Source: Guillardia theta CCMP2712
Taxonomy: Eukaryota > Protista > Cryptophyta
Reading direction: 5' to 3'
Assembly (NCBI RefSeq): GCF_000315625.1
Contig: NW_005434620.1
Coordinates: 59,556-123,555 of the forward strand
DNA: 64,000 bases
The notes under the pieces were generated by a model. The model saw only the letters and a list, made by a program, of their open reading frames with translations. It did not search any database and was not told the origin of the DNA. Position numbers and translations under genes: made by a program. Positions 1-12,000 of this stretch are shown piece after piece. Every line of letters begins with the position of its first letter. The first letter of the stretch is position 1.

Positions 1-3000
1 GTCCACGCCCTACCCGCCCCGTCGCCCCGACCCCTGACCCTCCCCGACCACCCGCACCGACCGTCCTCCCGACCTCCCCACCTCCGTCCCCTCCGCCACC
101 CGGTCCCTCCCGCCCGTACCGCCCCCGTGTACCCCGACCGTCCCCCTAGCCCCCCTCCCTGTACCGTCACGCTCGTCGACCCCGTGCCCCCGCCTCCCTT
201 GTTCGACCCCGTCCCTACGCTGATCCCGGCCCCGGCCCCTGCCGTCCATGTTTCTGTAATTGTTGCCTGGACCCCTGGTGCTGTTGTCATGATTATCTGA
301 CTAGTTGCTGTTGGATGTTGTTGAATTTTGCAATGTATACTGGTTTCGCTTTTCCATGTTGTCTCCTCGATATGTGTATTTGCGAATCTTGTTCGCAGGC
401 TTGCTTCTGTTGCTGCCTGGAAATTGTCTCCATGGATAGTGATATGGGATTGATTTGGAATCGGACGATTTTGTAGTTGTAGGCTTGACACTATGATTCC
501 ATCATAAGAGAGTATCTCAGTGGTCGAAACAGATAGAAGCGATGTTGTCAATGCAATTGTTTGAGAATTTGCAATACCTTTTGAGGATCCACAGAGCATT
601 GCTGTTGTTGAGATCCAAGTCGAAGATTCTGTTGAAGTTGAACCAATTCTTAGCTTTGACGAAGTTGTTTCAACGTCTCGAAGGACTCCCAGCTTCAACC
701 AAAACATCCTAGCTCCAGTCGTAGGGAGGTTGCTGGGATTCACTGTAGAAAACCCTTGACTGTCAAAAGAAATTGCTGATGACAATGATCCCGAATTTCT
801 GAACGTAGATACCGATATTCTTGCACTTTGCGAATGACCGGGCATGGATTTGCAAATTAGGCATGAATCAGCTGTCCATATTGTGCTTTCACATACTGAA
901 AGTCCAATCCCACCAATGGCCGCAGAGGATGAGAATTGTGTGGCCCCAAAGGAATCTCCATGTACCAAAATTCTTGCGGCACCAGTAGTTGCCATATTGC
1001 TGGTGGCTGCACTGCTTAGGTCAATTTCATTGTAACTCAGTAGCTCTGATCCAGTACCACAAATTCTGGCGATTGTATGAACAATAATCGATGTATGTGA
1101 CACTCCTGATGCAAACCCACTCATGATGCATGTTTCTGAAATCCACGATGTGCTTTCAGCAGAAGTAAAACTCCTTGCAGACGTTGTGTAGTCAGACAAC
1201 GCAAAACTTGTCCCAATCAAAGAAATTTTTGTCTGTCCTGTAGAAGCGGTATTTGTTCTCAAAAGACTACTGGTGCGGAGGGAGTCAATGGAAAACGCCG
1301 CAGAAGAAGAGCTCACCACTTGAGCAATTGTGACAATCACACTTAAAGTTATGCTGATGGAACCCGTGGTCAAGGAAAAGACCGAAGTAGTTGATTGCCA
1401 CGTCGTACTTGATAGTGAGCTCATTCCAATTCTAACAGAAGCTGTTGATTCATGCAACAACGTTGACTTGCTGTCTACGACAAGGAGAATCGATCCAGTT
1501 GTGGGTGCATTTCCCCTCCCGATGCCGGTATGTAGCGGCAAATCATATGAAATGCTTTCCGTGAGAGATCCTACGATTTGATTGGTAGTGAAAATAAGCG
1601 TAAGAGACCAAGTATGCTGTATTCCAAATGCGATTGCAATCGTTGTGTCCGATGTCCACACGGACGACTCGCACCCGGTCTCCCCCAGCCTGCTCCTGTC
1701 GCTCCTCTCGGTCAAGCCGAGCCCTTGACCCTGCACAGTGAGCCGGCGGTGTCCCGTCGCAGGCTGGTTTGCGGCCCGTGCTGAGCTTGCAGTAGGTGTA
1801 TCGAACGAAGCTATCCTGGTTGATGTCCCCGCTTGATTTCCTGACGTCAACACGACTCTTGCGCTCCCCTCTAAACCTTGGCCTATTCTACACAGAGTTG
1901 CAGTATCTGAAGTCCACACGGACGACTCGCACCCGGTCTCCCCCAGCCTGCTCCTGTCGCTCCTCTCGGTCAAGCCGAGCCCTTGACCCTGCACAGTGAG
2001 CCGGCGGTGTCCCGTCGCAGGCTGGTTTGCGGCCCGTGCTGAGCTTGCAGTAGGTGTATCGAACGAAGCTATCCTGGTTGATGTCCCCGCTTGATTTCCT
2101 GACGTCAACACGACTCTTGCGCTCCCCTCTAAACCTTGGCCTATTCTACACAGAGTTGCAGTATCTGAAGTCCACACGGACGACTCGCAGACTGTACTTC
2201 CGAATGTAACAGACAAACTATGATCCAGGATAAACTCTGCATGGGAATAGAGAAAGAAAATAGAACTTGATTGTTTATGATTGCTTTGATTTGTTGAAAA
2301 GTTTCCAAAAATATCGTAAGATATTAAATTCGTTGATGTAGATACTTGGATGCTGGATGTCATCATCAACTCTAAAGATGAACGAATCCCAGTTGGAGCA
2401 TAGCAATTGATAGCAGTCACTGTATTCCAGGTCGTTGATTCACAATTTGAAAAACCCAGTCGCACCCTTTCGGTCATCGGATGCAAATGCGATTTTGATT
2501 CAACAACCACAAACCTGCTCATGAAAATGACATTCTGACCTGACTCCTCAACGTGATAGAGATCAACAGAGAACGATGATGATAAAGTGCCTGTCGCTTT
2601 TGCGATTGAGACAGACACGTGTGCAGAATTGAACACACCAGAGGAAAGGAAACATAAAACGCTTGTGTCTGAAAGCCAGACAGACGCTTCACACGAAGTA
2701 AATCCTGCGCGAATTCCGAATGTTGCTGGAACGGCTCCAATGTTTGTACCACTGGTGGTAATAGATATGGAACCAGTGGATGGGCCGTTGGAACATGTCA
2801 AATCGCTTAACATCGGGTAATCAGTAGAATACAACTGAGAGGTTGATGCAACCGAGCTTGACGTGGTGATCACAACACTCCATGAAAACCTAGTTGATGA
2901 CAAAGCATGACACAATACAGATGATTGCGAGATCCATGTTGTTCCCTCCACAGCAGTGAGGCCTAATCGGGCTGCAAGCGTAAGTTCAGCTTTCACCATG

Positions 3001-6000
3001 TCACCAAACGCCAAAACAATTGATTTTGATGTAGAAGAAGGAGAGTTCATAGATGCCAATGATACTGAAGGTGAATTGAACGACATCGCCTCTGAAGTAG
3101 AACACGTACTTTGTGAACTAGTGACAATGATTGCCAGAGAGTTCGAACCAAAACTTGAGATAAAACATGTAAGGGATGACTCAGAGCTCCAGATAGATGC
3201 TTCGGCAGTAGTCTGTCCAACCCTAAGATATGATGAGAAGGGGGTCGCAAGAAAATCTGCACCAGAGACCGTGACGACTGAGCTAGACTCAGCAGGCAAG
3301 TTTTGCAAAAGCACCGCAGTGAGGAACGGAGAATCAAAGGAAAGTACATGAGAAGCAGTCCTTACTTGTGCTGAGACTGTTAGCACAATGGGCGAGCTTC
3401 CTTTCGATCCCTGCCCAAGTCTACATTGAATCGATGACATTGAATGCCATTCTGTCAATTCCGTCGCCGTGAAAACAGATGCAAAAATGCTGTAGGAGCT
3501 AAGTCCAAATTCCGTCCCGCTGAAGGTAATTCTGGTGGAACCTGTTGCAGGAATGTTGCTTGTGCGTTGGGAACTAACAGTAACCAGATCAAACGAATAC
3601 ATTTGCGTTGAGGTACCAAGCAGGAATGAAGAAGTTATATGCAGTTTGAGGGTCCTGCCTACAGAATGGTGGACATTGCACTGAAGACTGGTAGTCGACT
3701 TCCAATCTGAATATTCACATGCCGACCATCCGATTCTTAACTGAGGAGAATTAGGGTAAGGACCCAAATCGAAACCAAAGAATTTAACAGGCATGTGTTG
3801 TTCAGGACCAGAATTCAATTGGAAGCCGGAGGAAACTACGGGGATGTCGTAAGAGGAAATCTCTGATACTGTTCCCCGAGCATCATCACAAGAGACAGAT
3901 ATCAGCAGCGTTTTTCCAACACCAACAGAGACTCGGCACACGATTTCTTCCGAAGAAACCCATGAGGTACTTTCACAACCCGTTGATCCCACCCTTATTG
4001 AACCGGTCCCGAAATAATTTGATCGTCTCAACCCTGGAATGATGGAATGAAGCAAAGAAGAAGAGAGTGGCAAATTTTCTTGAATCAGGCTAAATGACCA
4101 TCCATCCGCCGAAAACGCTTCAGTCAGTGTGCTCATTACAGATCCTATACTTAATACAAAGCGACTTGTTCGGGACAAATCAGGACCGTGTTTTGTTGAT
4201 ATCAGGGTGTCAGATGCCCAAATCGTGTAGTCACATGTAGTGTACTGCATTCTTGTAAGAGGAGACCCACTCTTGTCCCCAAAGTGTGTTCCATAGATAC
4301 GAACAATCTGACTGTTATTGAAATTTGAATTGCTTCCTGACACTTGTGATATTGTAAAAAAATCGTATGTGAGCATTTGGGAGGTTGTAGACGAAACGAT
4401 AATTGCACCAGTAAGGAGTGTCGATTGAGAACTCTTTGAACCGCTGGCAACTTTTGAAGACAAAGATGTGTCAGAAAACCACGATGATGACTCAGAAGAG
4501 CTCGAGCCGATTCTAAGACTGATAGAAGAATCTCTTGCAATTAAACCAGCAGCAAAGACAGTCAACTGCTGCGCACCGGATACAGCACAGTTTTGACCAA
4601 CAGATGAAAGCACGACAACATCGAATGAGAACAAAGAAGAAGTTGTTGAAGTCGACTGCAAAGATATGGTCAAGGAACTAGAATGTGGCTTCCCTGATGG
4701 GACATTTGCGTGAACCGAGGTATCGGATTTCCAATTCGTGAATTCTGCGGCAGTTTTTTGAAAAGCTGCTTTCAAGCTTATTTGAAAGTCAGAAAACCCA
4801 GACCCAAATATTTCTACAATTAGAGTTCCAGTTGCAGCACTGTTTGGATACTTCATTGTAGAGAGACTTGTACTGTCATATGTGAAAAGGTCTGAAACAG
4901 ATTCTGACAATGATACAATGCTGAGGATAACATGCAAAAATGGAAAATCTTGTAGACCAGAACTGCTTCGTGACATCAGCGATGTAACTGAGTACCATTG
5001 AGTGAACTCTGCAGCTGTCGAAAACAATCTTGATGCTGGTGATAAATTCCATCGTGAAAGTCCAGATCCAAACAATCGTACATCGTGAGCTCCAGTCACT
5101 GGCGAATTACTCGAGGTTATGTTACTAAGGACGCCAGCATCAACAGAGACAAGGTGTGTGATCGTGCCGACATGGGAACTTGTCAAGATTATTGACAAAG
5201 ATCTGGACATACTGCTACTCGGCAAGCAACTTGCAGATGTCTCTGAAATCCACGCCGTGCTCTGACATTGTGACTGGCCCCAATCTATGCGAATCGAGCT
5301 GTCCGAATGCCCCATGTTCTTGGCTATCAATGATACATTCAGCACATAATTGAGCGCTACAGGAAAGTTTATGGCAGATCCATTCACCATCCAGACATTG
5401 CTTGAACGATCAAAACTATAGAGTTGACTTGCACTGCCAGACGCAACTCCAACTGAAATTCTTGCACTCAAGGTAGTAGATTTTGTTCCCGAAGCAAATT
5501 GTACCCTTACATTCGAGTCTGCAATTTGGAAAATTCAGAGAAAAGTCATTCACAAATCCTTTCTTCATACCAGAAACCCAACGCGTAGACTCAAAAGCTG
5601 TGCTCTTTGATTGTCCCGCTCCTGAAAATTGATTTTGTGCAAAGTTTGTACCAGTCACAGACATCGAGACAGTGCCAGTAACTGGGACATTCGATTTGAA
5701 ATAATTTCCCAATTGAACCTCCTGTTCATTTTGAAGATTCAGAGCAGAAAACAACATAATCGGTATTTCACTTACCAATTTTCCACCATACCCATGCTTT
5801 GCCGAGATCTGAGCTCCATGAGGAATGGTAGCCGTTCCAACACCTAAGAGTGGTCACTCAAAAAAAGATTGTGAATTTCATTGGACCAGATTTCGCGACC
5901 CTAATTTCGAATTGTGCGTTTCCAGCAACTGCGCACACAAAGCTGGAACCGCTGGGATGCAGGAATTCAATTACACTCAAAACTTGTCTACCTCTTACCT

Positions 6001-9000
6001 TGCAAGTCGTGGCACTATGCAATCGTCCAATCTGCACAGCGATAATGAGGAGGACAATTACACTGAATTTGAAAAGCAAGGGATAGACCTTGAAGGAACT
6101 GAAGCTGGTGCGCCCCTACAAGTACAAGTTGCATCATCTGAAACTAGGAAGGGCGTAGTCGTGTATCCTGCACCATGATTTTGAATCTCTAATGCATAGA
6201 TTTTACCGTTCAACTGAAAAATATCCGTCAGAAAAAATCAATGCATGACAATGCAAGGTCAAACGCACAGCTCTGGATATTGCCAGAAACCCGGTGCCTC
6301 CCCCACCAGACGCAGTGATCGTGTGGTTGTCTGAACAACCTTCTGTGCTGATGGCTGAGAATGCAACCGAAGTTATGCTTCCTGACTGCTTGAAACAGCA
6401 AAATCAAACAAAATCTTGAGATGCTCAAAAATGTTCCTGAGACGAATTTGAGTCGTTGTAATAAAGGTCACAGAGATGATTCCCAACAGGCAAATAAATT
6501 CCATGATTGATTATGGTGAACCTAATCACAAGATCATTACCTCAAACTTCAAGTAGAGCAACAATTCAATCACCGTGTCACTGTACCATTGATAATCACA
6601 GGATAGCCCAGAAAACCATTTAAGCTATCTGACTGCAACGGTCCAACGATGTAATTTTGTCCAGCATTGTCAATTATCACTTGAGTCACAGCACCGGTCT
6701 AGACACTTTTCAAATCGAATTGAGGAAATGACGTTCATCCAATCACCTGTTCAGTCAAACTTCCCGGGAAGAGAAGTCTTACTGAAATGTTTGTGCTAAG
6801 CTCGCTCAAATTTGCCCCTCGAGTACTCAGTAAAACGCTATGAACGAGGATCAGAACGTTGCTGTGGATTCATTTTGTGATACCTTTCTATTTTGCCGCT
6901 TGTCGTGTAGAAGACTCCACTTATTTCTAGACTATTGGACACTAATCCCAGAAATTCTCCATCGATATAATTTTGTCCTCCTTCAACAATCTTGATGCCA
7001 GTCACAGTACCGTCCTATTCAGAAAAATAAGCATCATTAAAGCAAAAAAGTTTGTTTGTTTTAATGATGCTTATTTTACCTGTATCTGTGTGCTGTTGAG
7101 GTATCCAAAGTAGATGACGGGCGGTGTTTTGTATCCAGTTCCGTGATTGCGAATCAAAATACTGGAGACAACTTTGTGACAAAGTACAAATGAAATGCTA
7201 GTGCATCTCTACCTGTTTATTTGACCCTGATTATTCACAGAAAACGAACCAGCAAATCCACTTCCCTCTCCACCAACTGATAGTTTTTGAAAAGGTCAGT
7301 TATGAGACTGATTTCTTGTATTGGATCACCTGCAACGAGTGTGCCATTCAAATAGTTTTGACCCCCCGACACGATGACTATCTGTGAAATTGAACCAGAC
7401 TGAAAAATGATGATCAGAAGATTGAGAATCGAAAAGAAACCAACCTGAGGAAGAACTGTCCCAGAATAGACAATGGTGAGATTTGCAATGTCATTCAAGT
7501 AATTAGTTCCAGGTTCAAGAATGTACACTTCTGATATTGATCCATTCTTGACATCAAATCGACCCCGAAATCCTGAAGAATTTCCTTGACTTACATCAAT
7601 CAATTCTCCGGAAATATAATCGTATCCAGGAGCAACTATTTGCAATCTGGTCAAAGCTCCAGTTTGTGATATCTTAGTTCCAGAGAAAGAGATGACAATT
7701 TCCTCTGGGTTTTGTGCATATCCGCTGCCAAAGGACTTGAAAGCTGCAAAAATTTCAGAAGATGGCAGGCAATTCAGACAGTATCAGATTCAAAGTTCAC
7801 CTGCGGAAACAATGGATCCAGCTGAGTTTACGAAGATCTCGCCTTGAAGGCCTGAACCACCACCACCGACCCCAATGAAACTTCCGTTTACATAATTGTG
7901 TCCCGGTTCCACTATGAGAACAGAACCAGCAGTAAACGCAAACCCTGGTGCCAAGATCTGCGGGATGTCAAAAGTAACCGACGAAGTCAAGGTACTTAGA
8001 GCCACTGCCCCCGTCAAGCCCAAAATTCTCGAGGATGCAATTCCGCTTGCACTAACCACACTAATAGAGGTATGTGAGACCCAGGTCGTCGATTCCGCTC
8101 GAGTAAGCCCAATCCTGGAAGAAAGAGAACGAGATACTCCCAAAGCCGCTCCAGTAAATATGATTCGTTGCGAACCAGTAACTGGTACATTCGAATTTCG
8201 TGAAGAAGACAACACAGAGATATCAAATGATACTAGCTGTGTTATGCTTTCCACACGGTAAGATAGGGTTGCAACGACTTGCTGAGTTCGTATATTTCTC
8301 GCTGATGAGCTTACGCAGGCTTGCAATGAAGTAGAAGACAACCAGAGAGTGCTCTCACAAGTTGTCATACCAATGCGACTCAAGGGACTATTGTCACGGA
8401 TATTCGCTGTTGCGAAAAGTGTTGTACACTGGACTAGATTGGAAGGAAAGACAGATGTCAAACTTGATGTGGAATAAGAGAGCACTTGTGAAAGAGTTGA
8501 AACGTGTAGTCCGACGCTTGTATAGACGCTCTGACTGCTTTTTGAAGAAATGGGAGTCTTACAGGACAAAGAGGTATCTGAGTACCACATAGAAACCTGG
8601 CATACAGTGTTTCCAAATGTCGACTTCAAAGTCATTGAATGTTGCCCAAAGTTTAATCCCATGAAAGTAACAGTACTTTGTGCAATATTGAGCTGTGGAT
8701 GAATAGAAGATATAGACTGGATATCATGAGAGAATGATCCACTCAAAGAGTTCACGCTGGTATGTAGACTTATCACCAAATTTGGGGTTGCATGGCTCCT
8801 CAACCTCCCGGAAGGTGATAGACATACCAAGACCGTATCACTCAACCATGTCGAAGTCTCACACGAAGAGATGTGAATTCTCATAAGAGGAGAAAAAGAT
8901 GCTGAGGAAACGGACCTCCCGAAGAGAGTTACAGAAACAGAACCCGTAGCTGGGAGGTTTGTAGGATGAATTGAACTCAATTCCGGTTGGTTGTATGTAA

Positions 9001-12000
9001 AAGCGGTTGACAATGAGCTTGTACGGACGCTACTGCTTACAACCATCCTATCCTTGATGCTCTTGAAAACTCCAAATGAACGCAAACATTTTAAACTCGA
9101 ATCAGATATCCACAAGGTGACAGAGAAAGCTGTCTGACCAGAACTACCAGACATAGACGAAGATTGTATTCCAAGGAAATCGCCCGTGATAGTCATCATG
9201 TCTACTCCACTCGTAGGTCCATTTTGAATTCGCACAGAAGAAAGTGCAACAGAGTTATAAGTGAAAACTTCAGTACGAGTCAAAACTTCTTCATTGCTAG
9301 TCATCGATATATAATTCGTCGCACCTATTCCTGCAGAAGCTTTGCAACGAACAAGCGTTTGAGACAGCCATTTAGTCTCAGACATAACGGTACCATCCAC
9401 AGTGCTGTCCAAAGAGTTGTCATACCTTCCAAAATTAGATCCGACCAGCAAGAGATTTGAGAACAGAGGATCAAATTGGGAGACTCGTACACTTCCTTTT
9501 GTTGGCAAATTGCTCACACCAACAATGAACAAGTAAAGTGACTGAAGCAAGGGATCGACATAAGTAAAACTAATACCTTGAAGCACTGCAGCATCGAAAG
9601 ACACGCTTTCCGTCACGGTCGAGATTTGTTGTGCGATAGACAAGGCGAGGCTGAGTGAGCTTTGATACCCATCGGAACAACGAGCATTTACAGTGACGTC
9701 ACTGTACCAAATGGTTTCCTGACATGACGTGGAATGCAATCTGATGCGAGGCGAGAGATTACTCATTCCGACATTCCGAGCGAATATCTTCGTCGCATTG
9801 ACTGAAACGCCTAGCGACGGGATGTTTGAACGCTGGATAGAAGAAACAATTGCAACGTCATACGAAAAAAGTTTTGAAATCGTTGATACGAATCTTAATA
9901 TCGTGACGGAAACAGACATGTCAGTCGCATCCATTGCTCCTGATGCAATTAGGCAATTCATTCGTGACTCTGATGTCCATGTAGTCTCTTCACAATCTGT
10001 TGAACCAATCCGTATAGATGCTGTAGGATCCCACCATCCAAAATTTTTCCCGAAAACTTGCACTTGTACAACGCCTGTTGATGGAGAATTTGGCATCCAG
10101 ATCGAAGACAATTTATGTCTGTCATATGAGAAAGTCTTGAACGAACTTCCCACTTTTTGTCCGACCGTTGCAACAAAAATATTTGAGTAAATTGGATTTG
10201 CTTGTCCATTTCCTATGCCACAAGACACGGCTGTAGAGCTGATCCACGTTGACAATTCACAGGCCGTAAATCCAGCTCGTTGTCCAGAAGTTGAATCAAC
10301 TTGCGAAAAATCTGCCCCAAAAATGGACGATCTTCGTTTAGATGCTGCAGGTACATTAAACATCTGTACATTATTGTAGATCATGAAAAGTTGCGATATA
10401 ACTGGATTGTCATAGCTGATGGCATTCGAAAACGACCCAGACGAGACTCCCCCAAACCCATCCATGGTGATGATTACCGACCTTGACTGCATCTTACCTG
10501 ATGCTGGGCGACAAATGATCAAAGTATTTGAACGCCAGTAGGTTGATTCGCACTTCGTACCTTCAATACGAGTGTCAGCAGTTAACTCCATTGGGAAAAA
10601 CCCTCCTCCGGCCAAATACAGCGAACCACGCATAATGCTAGAATCAATGTACGGGCCGTATTGTGGCCCACCAGGATACGATGGAAAATTGGATCGTTGG
10701 AACGTGTAAACCTGCGAGAAAAATTGGTCTGTAATTCGGTATACCCAAAAAAAGGAGGTGAATAAGGCAAGGTCGAATGATATGATCTGAGATTGACTTC
10801 CGACACGAATTGATGTAATGGTCAAAGACTTACTTCGACCAAATGATGTAGAAGTCTTACACAAAATCATTGAATCTGAGTTCCAAACTGTAAATACCGA
10901 TGATGACCTTCCAATTCGCAATGACAATGATGTATTATATTGACCAAAGGAGGTGCCAAGGACTGTTAACACATTTGCTGAGAAATGAATGTAATTCTTG
11001 GGTAGCGCAGAACTGATCCCTACAGTTTCATATGAAACTGCCTCACTGGTTGTACCTCTTCGTCTCGAACTTGTGATTCGAGCAGGTATCGAGGAATGAA
11101 TTCCTGCTGACGCTCTACAGTACAATACTGAATCTGAGATCCATCTGGGCGAGGCTGTGGCTGTGTAACCAAACCTAACTTTGAGAGTGGAATCATACAT
11201 TCCGAAATTGAGTCCATAAACCGTGAACAAACCTGGATTTGTTCGAGGAATGTTTGAGTTGTTTACTGTCGAGAGCAATGCTGCATCGTACGAAATTGCT
11301 TGCGATAGCGAGTTTACCAGCTGGACTGCACTTACAAAAACCGTTTCTTGAATTGCGGTACCAGCGGCATTTTGGCATCTTACTGCTGTCCTTGACACCC
11401 AAACCGATGCCTCACATGCTGTGGATCCGATTTCAGCGTATGCTGTGTACCCTGCTTGCAACGCTCCAAAGTTCTGACCATAAGCGGTGATCTCGCTATA
11501 CAGATAGGTTGGAATATTTCCCTGTAACAATGAACTGACAGTGGGCTTGTCATGGGTCCAAGACTGTGAGATACTTCCGACTTTCAAACCAATCGTATTT
11601 ACAACCGTACCATCCCATCCAACCCCTGCAACAGTGCGAGCATATAAAGAAGTGTAGCTCAACCACTGCGTGGACTCTGCCCGTGTATTACTTGCAGATA
11701 CTGCAGCCGCTGGAGTGTAGTCATCTAGCGAGATCGAATCTCCTGAAAGAGTCAAAACCACAGAGCCACTTCCAGGACCATTCGCTCTCCACCTAGGCCG
11801 TTGAGAAGTACCAAATGCAAAATTTTCAGAATACCACCTCTTTAAAATTGGCGAATCGTAAGTCACCGATTCTGTTGTAGTTTCTGTAACAAGAGCAACC
11901 GACAAAGTAACTGACGTTGAAGAAAGAACTCCCGCTGAAGTTCGGACGTAAACGAAAGAATCAGATTTCCAGAATGTGCGGGCTGTTTTAGTGCCTCCGA

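Noticed and set aside
1-249. Gly/Arg-rich ORF 10-249 and apparent frameshifts at the window start
   Set aside because: Another frame reads as a normal IPT-like unit (TGSTSVTVQG...GGTG) that then decays by extra G insertions (C-E-G-T-E-W-E-S is recoverable). This is most likely low-quality sequence rather than a separate gene.
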